64,000 nucleotides of DNA from Saccostrea cucullata (GCF_032062105.1 NW_026938715.1:186001-250000); one strand, 5' to 3'. Positions 11,533 to 24,610 are shown, counted from the stretch's first letter. Made by a program: numbers and translations. The notes: generated from the sequence alone by a model not told the origin.

Positions 11533-14500
11533 TTTGGGTAGTTTTATGCAGTTAGAGTGATCTGCCCTTAGATGTAAGATTAAAGAAATTTTTATTCACC
11601 GTTAATAACATAATTTTTAATAGATTAAAATATTTTTAGCATTATATAAGACCAAGAGTAAGAAATTTAATTAATTATTTTCATTAATTTTCCCATTGTA
11701 AGTAAACAACAGTGATTTCTGCTCACAAATAGTCCATTGTCTTTGAACATTTTTCCTGTGCAAATTAGGCACGTATCCATGTTCTGAATGAATGAAAGAG
11801 TCTCAATATGCGTATCTTTTTTTTTTTATATTTTTTTTCTCTGAGTCCAAAAAACACTTTCTGTTAGTGTTTAGAGCTTCCTTAAGAACTTTTTCACTTT
11901 TGATCAGTTAGAACCAGGGCTTTCAATATTTCAGAGGTATATGAGAAAATTCAACCCTCACCATAAGCTGCCATAAGAGGGTATCAGTATTTCACAAACA
12001 CATCTTGTTTATCTATGAAAAGAAAGGTTGAAAACATCCAGTGCCTACGGATCAAAGATGGAATTTTAATTTGGCCTCGACATCTTGCATTTCCTTGTTC
12101 CTCAATATATATTCACCCTTCCATTGCATTTATTGTACTTGTCAAATAATTACAAGCAAAACAACAACACAAGGTATAATAAATCAACATTTTATTCTTC
12201 ACCAAGTTAATATCCTGATGCAAGTCTTGTGTTCAACAAAGGTAAAATGTTTGGGGGATGACAGAGAGTTCACAGATAACAAAAAGACATATCAATGTAA
12301 AATCCAAGCTTAACCAAACACTCAAAACACCCTGCTAACAGACATAACATTTCCTTTTAGACTAATACTGTAGAATTTATGTGCTTGTATTGGTGCATAT
12401 TTTTGTACTAGCACGGCTCCACTAATCTATGTATTAAGTCTGCCAAATGAATATAAATCTCAAATAATGTGGGAAAAATATTTTGGATTACATATTCAAG
12501 ACTGCTGAAAAATGTACATATAACTCAATGACATCAAAGTATGGGACACTGTAGTGAGAATCCAATGATAATGAATTTGTGGAGACTTTATGTAACGGGA
12601 AAGTTTCAATGTTGCAATTCATTTCTTTACAATTGTCATCTTAGCTTGTTTAATTTTAAGAAAAACTAAATAAAAATCTGTAGAATTAGCTACAAATAGG
12701 AAGAAAGTAGGTAAACATAGATATGTGATACATGTATGTGTAGAAGTAAAAAAAAATTCCACTGACAATTCAGCTTCACTGACTGACCTTCTATAGAAAA
12801 GTGATTACACAATAAAATACAGTACAGTTGTATATAACTTAACACTAATTAACACTAATAAACTTATTCTGCTACCCTAACCCCTTAACATAATAAATTC
12901 TTAACAAGGCTTTATTCACTTGATACAAATGTCAAACTCACTGGGAAATCTGGATTCTTTTTTTAAATTAAATAAAAGAAATAAAAGATAACAAACAAAA
13001 AAAATACATGTACATGTACTTATAATTAACAAGAATCATTTATACAAATATTGAAAAGGCATAGTCTGCCAAAAAAAAAGAGAGAGGGAGGGAGAGAGAG
13101 AAAATTGACTGATATGATTATATTCAGGAACACAGGGTTTGCAATCAAACAAAAACAATTATAGTTAAAACAGGTAAACTTATGTATCTTGAACATCGAC
13201 AAGTCAAATACACACTACCTCTGGGTATTTTTCAAAGTGAGTTGGAAAGTCCTGCAGACTTTACAATCTCAACAAATAACTCAAACATCTCAAAAAATAT
13301 CTCAAACATCTCAAAAGTTTTAAATCATCTTGTCACGTAATGATGTTCGAGCAGATGGATTTTTTAATTACATAATCCAGGTCACCTTGACCTTCACATT
13401 AAAAAATCTCCCAAGGTCACAAATACTAAGAAATTGTAATAAATAAGAACTAAACTACACATGGATAATCTCTTAAGTGACTCTACAATACATCTGAGTC
13501 ACTTTAAATAACAAGTTTCAAATTCTCAACAATTCCGTAGAAGAAAATAAAAACTCCACCTGTTTCTTGATTATTCTGTTAAAGCTCTCACGATTCCATT
13601 GTCAGAAAAATCAAAAAATAAAATTGGCACACACATATATTTTGCAAACAGAACTTTTACTCCACATTTAGTAATACATGTAGCTTTATTTTACTACAAG
13701 CACTTTTAGTATGGCGCAACAGTAGAAAATATATTCTCTGTAAAAGTATTCCACTTCAATATGGATCAAGTTTGTCAAAATATAAATAGCACTATCTCTT
13801 CAATCATTATTAACACTTCCTTTCTTCTCACACAGTTTTTCACATTTGTTTTCTTTTCACAGACAATGGAACAAAGCAAATAAGTTCCCCGATCATTGAT
13901 TCAGCAGTCAAACATTTAAATAGAATTTTAACATTCCCTTTCTGCTTTTTTGCAATTTCAGCTTTGTATAAGAATTAATTCAGTCTGTCAGTTTGTTCTT
14001 TGAAAATTGCACGTTACTCTTCACTTTTTGGCATACACAAGTCAAGCTTACTGCATTGACATTAGTAACCATCTTACATTCTACTTCAAAGTGAAGCTTG
14101 TTTCATTTTCTGTTCAAATCTGAACAATATAAATGTCTTGTAGCAATTTGCTATAATTAATAATATTTAATTAATTAAATATGTTAATCATTAATTCGTT
14201 AAATATTAAATTTATAAATCACAACACTTCATTTTGCAGATCTAGTGGGGGTCAAATGTATATGCAACACTAAATACCTTTAGAATGCTTTCACATCCAC
14301 AAAATTAATAAATACATGTAATGTATCACTATTAATGCATGTAAAGAATAATAAAAACAGTACTAAAAAAGAAAAAACAATTTGTTCGAAGCGTAACAAA
14401 AAATGATTCTTGTATGAGACCCAGACTCACTTCTATGATAAAGTCATGCATGCTCCTGATTTAAAACTTGTGTGATATTTCTTATAATGGCACTAGGATG

Positions 14501-14622
14501 AAATTGGTAGATGACAAAAGTAGAGAATGAATTGTGTGGTTAGTTATATAAAAAAAAGTCTTGGAGCAAGCTAAAAATAAAAACAAATAAATCGATTTCT
14601 TAACACTTAAATAGCAATATCA

Positions 14623-17600
14623 TCATAAGAATTTCTCTTTTTCAAGTGTGAGTCGTACAGCGTCAAATACATTTTCTGTCGTGTGTTTCGGTTTCACGAG
14701 TTCGGGGTCCAGGACGAAGTCTCTGTGGTTACGATGTGATGCCGTGTGGCTGTTGCTGAATATTCCTGTACACACCAGAATGGAGGAACAACTAGTGGAG
14801 TAATTGCCCTGCCCTCCTTCCTCGGAAACTAATTCCTCATCATCATCCTCAAATTCAAAGTCGGCCCCGCCCCCTCCAGCAGCCATTTTGCGCTTCATTT
14901 TCTTCTGGACTTTGTGGGCCTTTCGCTTTTTCAGGTAACGGTCGTAAACATTGGCACCGTATATATCTGTGTTGGGGTTATCGCTGTAAATGAACCATAA
15001 ATATTTTTTTTAAAATAATGTCCACACATTTATTATAATAAAAATATCAAATGTTTTAAACCAGCAAATGCTTTTTAAAATAGTTTATGATTGAGATACA
15101 CAATGTGAAATCACCAATTCTCATGAGGGTTTAATTTTTCGTTGTTTTTGAGTGCAATAAGACTCTAAATTTATATCCCACTTGAAATGTTAAATTTTTA
15201 TGTATATAAATTATTCAACTCTTCTCCAACTAGGAGATCAAATTTCTAAGAATCAATTTTTCTCCTAATAACTATTTTTCTTCTTAAATTTGAGCCCAAA
15301 ATATGTGAGTTTATAGTAACTCTTTTCAAAAACATATAGTAACTCTTTTCAAAAACAAAGTTTTAAAAGAAATCTTTAATATTCTTACCCCACACAGTAT
15401 ATAGATTTCAAACTTCTAAATCCCAGTTGCTTTGCATGTTTCCACAGAACGTTGTCTGCATAATGATAAGTAAAAAGACTAGGCTTTCCGAGTAAGGCAG
15501 AGTACTTCAGTTCTCTTCCCGTGTATTGCTATGAATGAAGAAGCAAGGTTATTAGTATAACTGTAGTTGAAAATCTCTAATAGTGTCACTGTGGAAACAG
15601 TTGATTAAAGTTCCACCAGAGTTAGATAAAGAATGATAAAGATAGCTGTCTTACTTGATATGCAGTTTCCAAAAAGGTCAAAAACATTCCATGGCCAAAT
15701 CTAGAGAAAGAAGTGTAAATTCCTATTATGATCAAAATTATTTATATATACTTATCTGAAGTTGCAATAATTAATATCTTTCTGCTTTTTACCTCTGCTG
15801 TTTCAATAATTAAGGTCAAGGAAATTAAAATACCCATATCAAAATTGTAAAAACAAATTTTCAAAGGAACGCAATCCTGTGTTCAAATATTCCAACAACG
15901 GAATCTATTTCTCAGTTCTTGAACAGCCCTGTATAAATACCAGGTACAGTAAAACACCCTTGTAATGAACTGCCAGGTATGGGCAATATTGCTTCATTAT
16001 AAACTTAATTCGTTATATCTGTTAGCTTTACAATACATTTCAAAATCACGGGAATGAAAATCACCTCACTAAGAGCATCATTTCATTATAAGCGTGTTCA
16101 CTATAAGTGCATTTTACTGTAAAACACAACTATTACGCTTATTGTTACCTTGGTATAGGAACTTCTGCCATCCAGAACAAGTCCATGTTACAGGCCACTA
16201 TAGGGAGGTGGGTGGAGGGGAACTCTTTGGGGAGATGAGAGGGCATTCCGTTACAGACCAGCACGTCCACGATAAGCTGTAGCTTGGAGTCCCATTGATT
16301 GGGTTCTCCAAATAACACAACCGCTGAAGAAAAAAAAATTGGATTATTATTAATTTATATAGATCTATGAATGAAACATTTATGCATTTATACCCCCGTA
16401 TTTTTTTCTAATCTTAGTTCTTTAGTTTTTTTTTTATTTTTCATGTCAATGGTAAAATTTTTCATATCAGTTTCATTACCACACACTTTTTTTTAAAATT
16501 AAATCATACAACATGCTTTAGACAAGATTTCAGAGTTACTCCCCTTTAAAGCATCAATTACATATAATTAAATATAATTATTACCTTCAATTGGTTTAAA
16601 GTTGGCAAATTTAACTGGACAAGGCTGAAATTATAAAATTAAAAAGTCATTGGTTTACAGCATTCACAATATAACTCTGCTTACTAAATGACAAAATCAA
16701 TATAACAGTGCTGTGCAGGGCTTAACTTCTGCAATTAGGCTTTCAATATGCTAATCCAAGCAAAAATAAACTCCATACAGACTGAAAATCTACACCTCCC
16801 TAATTCTTACTGAATAGTGCAACAAAGGGCAATAAATACTGAAATATTAGCAATAATATCAAAAAATTTTTTTTTGTTGAGTGAATTATGTTTGCACTTG
16901 AAAAAAAAAATGTCTTGCTAATTTCTGGGGGAAGCCAGAAATGCAATCAAATATGTCGCAGCAATGTTTGACAATAAACATGATGAAGTCTTACAGTGAG
17001 ATTAACCAAACATAGATGAGCTAATACTGGAGCAATCCAATGAAGAACTTGAATATTTCTCTTGGAGAACAAAGGAGCCCCATTCATTGCAGGAACATCA
17101 ATTCATATAATCTAAGACTATGTAATATGTTTATTCTTTTCAGTCCTGTTTAGTAAATAGCATATTGATCGCAATAGCTTTTCTCCTTTCCTTGTCCTCA
17201 ACCATTTTCCTTTTCTTGCAAAAACCTTTTTTCTCCAAGAGAAATTTTAATTAGACAAGGTAATGCAATATGCCCCTTGTGTACATTTGAATGATGAAAT
17301 ATCTAGAAACGTACAATATCCTATAAAAATTTACAGTGAAACTTGTTTAATCCAAATGTTGTGCATTCCGAAGACTTGCTTGATACAATGTAAATTTTAA
17401 GTTCATTTCAGAAGTTTCAATTGTGTAAAATTAATGTCTTTTATCATATACCTAATGTGTATCACTGAATTTTACTGCTGATTTTATGCAATCACGTGAC
17501 ATCGTGATCCGAAATTCTGGATCACCACACTGTGGTTCACCACTCTCTGAAACTGATGACGTAGTACACAGAAACATGACGTTATCTTTCTTGCGCGTCA

Positions 17601-20600
17601 AAAAGTCCCTCGTTATTATGCTTTGTTTTATGGATAAATGTTGTACAATTGATCTCCAAAGTTTTCTTTCGCTATATTTTTCTAGTTATGAGGGGGTATA
17701 TTCGTATAAGTTCAGGCGCGGATCATCAGATCAAACTCGACGCTTCGCATCTGTTTGAAATTCGATGTGATAAGACCCTTATCAAGTTACTGTTATAATA
17801 ATATATATTTATTATATACCTAACGTGTATCACTCAATTTTACTGTAGAATTAACGCAATCACGTGACGTCGTGATCCGACTTTTCGGATCACCACACTG
17901 TCGTTTTCTGAATCCATATCACCACTCTCTGAAACTGATGACGTATTACGCAAAAACATGACGTTATTATTTTTTTTTGCACGTTAAAAAGTCCATTGTT
18001 TTTATGCTTTGTTTTATGGATAAATATTATACAATTGATCTCTTAATTTTTATCTTGCTATATTTAGCTAGTTATAAAGGGGTAAATAATAAATTCATCA
18101 TTATAACAGTTTCCAAAGAATTTTTACGTTTCAAAAAATTTTGTTATAATAATATATATATCTAGAATGTTGTCTATTCCAGCCAATTTCTTTGGAACCA
18201 GTGGTCAAGCCGTAAATCTGGAAATTTTTACATCCATTTTATTTTGCAAACTCGGGTCAAAATGCTGTTGTTTAATTTTTACGTTTCAAAATTTTGCAAA
18301 TGACCACTGCTTTGTTTACATTTTCTTATTGCTAATTTATTTTAAAGAAAAATATTTTTGCGAATGCAGTGAAAATTTATCTACAGCAAAAATTTCCAGA
18401 TTTATGGTACACGTTTTGCTGTAATCCACAATTTACCTCCACTTTCCTGTGTGAATGATCCACCATGTCTAAATATGGAAACAGTTCCCTGAGTTGATCT
18501 ACAGTAGTGATGTTGGTGAAGCCCAGGTCCCGGGCGATGCCCTCGATGGGCCCCTGCCCACAGATCAGGGTGTGCATGTTGTGGAAACGCTTAAACATCT
18601 TGAGTGGACTGTGGGACATCACAAGCTGTTCTGTACTAATCTACAAAACAGTCAGAAAATACATTTAATGTCAAATTAAAAAATATTAAAAGATTAAATA
18701 ATTAAACATTCAATACAACAAATGTACTTAGCTATCAAGACCATGTATATTACCGGTTGGCAAAAAAGTGCATCAATAGCAAACTTTCAATTGTTCAAAT
18801 CAAACCTCATGATAAATTTACAGAAGAAAAAATACAAATCAAATGAGAGTCAAATTGCACTGTTTACAAACCCTTTCCAACTTGCATAAAAATGTGCTAT
18901 TTCATGATGCACACATGCCAGCATCATTGATTTAAAAATTCATCTACAATCCAAGAGGCTCATAGGACCTTTTCTTATACACCTTGCTTGGGTCTCTAAG
19001 GCCTAGAAGATGAGATTCTGAGATTCACTGACTCATGGATAGGGCACAATTCCACTGCTGGTTTACCACCCCCCACCCCCAACCCCTACCCCCATAAGAG
19101 TTGAATGAAGACAACTGTACACAACTACAAATGTCCATAAAGGGGTTTGAGCCAGTGACTGATCTTTACAATTACTGGCCAGGTACCTAATCATTGATCA
19201 TTTATGCCTCACAATCAAATCAGCCTTTGTTATACTTTTTTTATCAATGGCATAATTTCTTTATTTTTAAATAAAAGAATTATTAAAAGTACAAAAGGAA
19301 GATATGTGAATTAATAATATCATGGTACTTAATTTTCATTTAATTCATATTTTACAATATTTAGTTTTTCAGCCAGTGCAAGAAATTGTTAATTGAATAA
19401 TTGACACTTAAAATTTATAAATATCTAATGGTCATAATTAACATGATAAAGTAATGATCAATATATTATACATCAATGAGCACATGATGAGTAAAACAGG
19501 TATTATGTCACATCAACTAAGCTGCCATCATTAACTTGATACAGCATCCTATTAAAGTAATATTGTCAGATATACTATAGTACTAAGTACTAACGTACAT
19601 TCACTCTAATGATTCACCTATAGGTGTAAACAATGTACCGTATACTATTACTTCATACAGTCATTCATGTAATAGTTAGATCATATTAAGTAAAATTTTA
19701 GTGGTTAAGAAGGGGCGGAGGGAGCGAAGCGACCGAGCCCCCTTCTTAACCACTAAAATTTTAGTTAATAATGATCTAACTTACTTAGAACCTATCGCGC
19801 TTTTTCATTGGCTAATTAGTCAGCCCGCGGAGATACTGCGCCAAAAAATGGGTTAGAGGTCAGTTGAAAACAATTAGGCCTAAACATGGCAGGTTCTGGT
19901 GACGAGAGCGACATTTTTAAGGATGTAGACTTTTTACTCTGTGACTTTTTACCGGATGATGATTCAGATGGTGTTTTATCGCAAAGCCTTGTGAATATTC
20001 CCACTCAGCAGCTTTTCAAGGTAGAAAATGAGACCGATCATGTAAGATTTGCATCGCCCGTGTCGGGAGCGGATCTCAAAATTAAGCAAGCTGCCGGGAT
20101 TCCGAAAAAGACTCGCCAAGCAAATAATTGGGCAGTCCGTTTATGGACAGATTGGGCTAGATTCAGAAATACAAGACCCGAGACATATATGGAAGGTGGT
20201 GTTATTTCTGAGAATATATGCGGTCTTTCAAATGAAGCTTTGAACTTTTGGATGCAACGATTCATAATAGAAATTCGCAGAAAGGATGGAACGGCTTACC
20301 CCCCTAATACGTTAACTCAGATTGTAGCTGCATTACAGCGGTATCTAAGGAGTAATTGCGATGACAGGCAATTTAATTTTTTTAAAGACGACGATCTTGT
20401 TTTTCGGGATTTTAGAAAAACTCTGGATTCACATATGAAAAGCCTGACTAGTCAAGGTATCGGTGTAAATAAGAAGAGGTGTGATCCTGTCACAGAAACG
20501 GATGAAATGAGGATGTGGGAGACAGGAGTATTTTCTTTAGAAACAGCGTCAGGATTGAGTAATGCAATTTTTTTCTATAACGGTAAATGTTTCGCATTCC

Positions 20601-23600
20601 GTGGAATGAGTGATCATAAACAATGTGACGCAGACCAGTTTGAAATCGGATTCGATCATGAAAATTCTCGTAAGTATGTTAAATATACTCCAAGGGTAAC
20701 AAAAAATGTGCAGGGTGGCTTAAAGCATCGCAGAATTGAGATAACACCTATAAAACATTATGAAGATAAAAACAATCCAAGGTGTCTAGTTATTCTGTAT
20801 GAAAAATATTTGTCTCTTATTCCACGTGTGGGGCCACTTTACAGAAAACCTTTGGATTCTACCGGACCTCATGGCCCGAAATTCAGCGCCAATAACATTC
20901 CCATGAACCAAATGTCACAGATGTTCAAAAAGTTTTTTAGTCAAGCCGGAATTGATACTTCTGATAGGAATATTTCAAATCATTCAGGACGAGTAACGTG
21001 CTGTACAAGGCTTTACAATAATGGATTTTCTGACAAGGCTGTTGTGAGTCGAAGTAATCACCGAAGCAACGCGGTTCATACGTACCAAAGAGAACAGTTT
21101 AAAATTTTGCAGGATATAAGTAATACGCTTGCGCCACCCGCACCTAGAGATAACGCTATTAAATCGGAACCCGTGTCTACTGTTGTAAAATCTGAATCTG
21201 CACCATTTAATAGAGAATCTGTCCCTGCATCGGAACCCACCCCAGCCATTCCATTTGATCCTGAGAACAGTGAAAACAACACACTAACGGTCTTTGTTCC
21301 TTCTGGAGTTGACTGTATCAAAATTATAAAAGATGGCAAACACATTTCTCTAAATATTTGAATTCTGAACAAAATATTTGTATTTTCTTCAATAAAATGT
21401 TTTTTTCTTCATCATTTACTCTCATGATTTTTTGTTTCACAGCTGGCTGTCAATCAAAATGTCACGTGACTAAAGATTTAGACAAAAAATCTTAACAATT
21501 AAGTGATCCACTTAATAGAAAATTTAGCAGCTGCTGATTGGATGAAAAAGCGGGTTAGGTTCTAATCAATAATAAACACAGATTGAGAATTTTCTATTTA
21601 GATAATTCTGAAACATGGGTGATGTTTGTTATTGATCAATGAAAAGGGAAGAATATCTGTTTACATAAATGCATGTCTATCATCTGTTGTTTTGTTTTGG
21701 ACATTTGGATACATGTGATATTATAAATGTCACATTCCACGATTCGGAGCTTGTTTACATCGTATAATTAATTCAAGCTAACATTTGTGTTATCATTATT
21801 TTCATAATATTTATGACGTAAATTTTCTCTCTACAGTACTACACACTTTTTTTTAAAAAGGTCAATGCTATAAGTATTTTTCATTAATACATAACGATTC
21901 CTGTTTTTGCTAGAAACTCCAGTGTGCATAACCTTGGTATTGCTGATATGGTATAGGACATTTACCTTCACAAGTAGAACTAGAATTATCCTGTTATTTT
22001 ACTTGTATAAGTACTGACAATCTTTATTCAGGTGCCTTTTTTTACCTAACAATTCTATTTTCAGCAAGTAAGCCAAATTTATATATGCAAGACAGCTAAA
22101 ATGGCCTAGGTATTCATGTATTTTAATGTCACATCTGACAAAAGAACAATGTCGACAGTTTGTTTGGAGCCTTCATTTCCTTGAAATTTTTTTAGCTGTC
22201 AAAAATAATTGTGGCTGTTTAACTTCTACTGAATAACATTTCAGTCCTTATATTTTAAATATTTTGCTGAATAATGATTTTATCTAAAGCTACTAAAATA
22301 ATTTCATTAGCAAATTTAACATGATTCCATTTTAATTCCTTTAATGAATGATAAAAAAGAATCTTCCTTCACCAATTTTCCTTATAAATACATGTATATA
22401 TACACTGTGTTGTAATAAATAGGTGTGCGTTTTAAAAATCTGTTGAAAGAAACTAGCTTATAATTCTCTTTGTGAGAATGGTGACTGGTCCACTGCACAG
22501 TAACTATTTAGTCTTAGATAAAGATTTTGAAATCTTGTCTTTACATTGATGAAACTGTATGTACACATAATCTTTTCAAATCTAACAATAGCCAAAGTTT
22601 TTCGTCTAACTGAATGAAAATGAGGGTAGGGAAAATAACCATCTGGTACACTATCAAGAAAAACATCTGTCTGCCTACCTCTGTAACTTTAAAAATTGGA
22701 AATCAATTCAAAACATGACCTATAATTTGGAGGGGGGGGGGGGGGGCAATTTTTACTTCAAATAAGAGGACAAATTTCTTGCCATTAAAAAGTTAAGGTC
22801 AAAATTAAAGTTAATTTGACCAATGACCAGCGTTCAGTGGGTCACTGTCAATACATCTCTTTGTCCCCTTTGAAAATATGGCTATGACAAGTATAATCAC
22901 TTTTCTGAAAATCACCTTGAACTTGTATTGTTAATCTTAGGTCAAGATCTTGAAAAACTCTCTAGTCATAAATACAGGTGTCACTGTCAATACACCTCTC
23001 CCTCCCCTTTTCAGGCCATGAAGAAGTAATATTTAATTGTGTGAACTATCTTCTCAATTAAGAAAATATGGCCAGAACTTTTAAATTTATCTCCCCTATC
23101 AAAGGGTCATCCCTCCTTAACTCCTCACCTTTATTCCTAAAAGTTCAGAAAGCTCGTCAGCTTTGGTTTGTCTAAATGTGTTCCCTGCATTCGTAACAAA
23201 TACAACTGGTAGTCGAAACTTCCCCGATTCGTCGGTCAGGAGCTGGAATGCCTCACGGGCTGACGGAAGAATACGCTTTCCTCTCTTGATCACGCCATCA
23301 ATGTCAAATAAAAATCCGAAATCATGTCCTCTGTTTGACTGAAATATAAACAAAATGAAAATTTAAATAATGTATATTCTACTTATCATGATGCTTATAT
23401 ATGTATTAACTGTATATGGTCAAATACTTCAACTTGTTCAATCTGTACGTTTAAAAAAATTAGTAAATGTTAAGGGGAGACAGGGCACATGTCACATGAC
23501 TAAAAAGACATATTACGTCATAATCGGTGATGATATACATGTTAAACGGTGTAAAATCAACAGTTCTTGTGTAAATTTATTCTAAATTCTAAATTAAATT

Positions 23601-23735
23601 GTTTTTTAAACATTTAATTTTAGAAATTATTATTAATAATTTTTTTAAGATCTTGCCATCATTTAGATATTTTGAAGTTGCCGAATCCACTCATTTGTTT
23701 CTCTTTACCCTGCAGTCTGACGTCAGTGACGTCAT
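14623..23735 (-). CDS. HDHD5: HAD-superfamily IIA hydrolase HDHD5 (CECR5), 8 coding exons
   Basis: Exons 23709-23735 (MTSLTSDCR, least certain), 23129-23338 (FGFLFDIDGV motif I; VFVTNAG), 18437-18640 (VMSHSPL), 16585-16624, 16149-16323 (ACNMDLFWMAE), 15655-15700 (RFGHGMF), 15389-15528 (GKPS), 14623-14983 (GDNPNTDIYGAN; SILVCTG). Confidence 0.93.
15947..16119. mobile_element. Tc1/mariner (pogo-like) MITE
   Basis: TA|CAGTAAAA...TTTTACTG|TA termini. Confidence 0.65.
17441..18160 (-). mobile_element. Head-to-tail dimer of a ~370-bp non-autonomous Crypton-like element
   Basis: Two diverged copies (17441-17808, 17809-18160), each starting TTAT..ATACCTAA.GTGTATCACT and ending TGTTATAATAATATATAT. 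Copy 1 has a GCTTCGC-looped hairpin. Confidence 0.65.
19667..21570 (+). mobile_element. Crypton-type tyrosine-recombinase DNA transposon in HDHD5 intron 2
   Basis: 5' hairpin 19674-19781 (~44-bp arms, GCGAAGC in the loop). A 24-bp inverted repeat (19785-19808 / 21542-21565, 2 mismatches) encloses the recombinase ORF. Confidence 0.85.
19886..21361 (+). CDS. Crypton tyrosine recombinase (DUF3504 / ZMYM-QRICH1-KCTD1-related), 491 aa, intronless
   Basis: Core-binding region WAVRLWTDW...RFIIEIRRKDGTAYPPNTL. Catalytic motifs in order: FRGMSDH (R), TKNVQGG (K), NHSGR (HxxR), SNHRS (H), HTYQR (Y). Confidence 0.92.
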   Translation: MAGSGDESDIFKDVDFLLCDFLPDDDSDGVLSQSLVNIPTQQLFKVENETDHVRFASPVSGADLKIKQAAGIPKKTRQANNWAVRLWTDWARFRNTRPETYMEGGVISENICGLSNEALNFWMQRFIIEIRRKDGTAYPPNTLTQIVAALQRYLRSNCDDRQFNFFKDDDLVFRDFRKTLDSHMKSLTSQGIGVNKKRCDPVTETDEMRMWETGVFSLETASGLSNAIFFYNGKCFAFRGMSDHKQCDADQFEIGFDHENSRKYVKYTPRVTKNVQGGLKHRRIEITPIKHYEDKNNPRCLVILYEKYLSLIPRVGPLYRKPLDSTGPHGPKFSANNIPMNQMSQMFKKFFSQAGIDTSDRNISNHSGRVTCCTRLYNNGFSDKAVVSRSNHRSNAVHTYQREQFKILQDISNTLAPPAPRDNAIKSEPVSTVVKSESAPFNRESVPASEPTPAIPFDPENSENNTLTVFVPSGVDCIKIIKDGKHISLNI

Positions 23736-23860
23736 AGACGTAGTGTTTGAATTCTCAGTGCAGCGAGATCAAGTACACACCCGTTGTGATCAGTTTTATT
23801 TCTTTATAAACAGGTCACAGTCAATGTATCGTGATAAATTTCTGAAGCAGATTTTTTTAA

Positions 23861-24610
23861 CAGGGCTCTCGATTCTCTATGAACGGCCCCGTTCCCAATG
23901 CAAAAAAGGTACCTTTTTTCCCAAAAGAAAGGTGTAAATTTCCCAATTTCCATCCAGAGTAAAATATTAATTAAAAAATAAAAGTCCATCAAAACTAATC
24001 GCAAAAAAAAAAAACCCAAACAAAACACATTTGCAAATGAAAGTGAAAATGTACTACTATTTTATCAGTTCGCGCCAAATGCATTCGTAAACTGGTTCGG
24101 GGAACCAGGTTATTGTTTTTACAAAAATGTATACAACTATGAGTGCAGAGTATCTTGTTATGTAGTTTCGACAAAAACCATCATTTTGGTTTCAAAAATA
24201 GACATTTCATTTAAATATTAGTAAGCTGCACTTAGAAACATACCCGCGCTTTGGCATGTTCAGTCTCGCGCTGTATTGGTAAGCAAAGTTGCCCATGTGA
24301 TCGAGGAAATTCAGGACTGTGTGACTAGCGACTGTCACGCAGTACGACATATAACCGCAATATCAACACTCAAAGATAGTAATGACAAAGCTAATGTACT
24401 TTCATAAATTGCCTACGTTATGACCCATATTTGTTCTGTTTAACTGTTTATTCAAACCAGAGTTAGCATTGATGATAAAATGCTAGAAAAGCAAAATTTG
24501 AGGATTTTTTTTTAATGAATTTGTGTTATCCAACTTTTCCCAAAATGACGATAATTTTCCCAATTTGAACGGCCCCGGCCCCAGTCCCAAAAAGTGGTGC
24601 GAGAGCCCTG
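23861..24610. mobile_element. hAT-like non-autonomous element upstream of HDHD5
   Basis: TIR CAGGGCTCTCG/CGAGAGCCCTG; internal repeat TGAACGGCCCCG near both ends; no clean TSD. Confidence 0.65.

Larger units (their letters stand above)
10770..12010 (+). mobile_element. Degenerate Helentron-type non-autonomous element interrupted by later insertions
   Basis: 5' hairpin CTTCG..CGAAG then CTGT/CCGT-like repeats; 3' end GGGTATCAGTATTTCACAAACACATCTTGTT. Confidence 0.45.

Noticed and set aside
24243-24350. Alternative first coding exon of HDHD5
   Set aside because: ATG-initiated frame reaches the donor in phase 2 but exon 2 needs phase 0; it also lies inside a hAT-like element.
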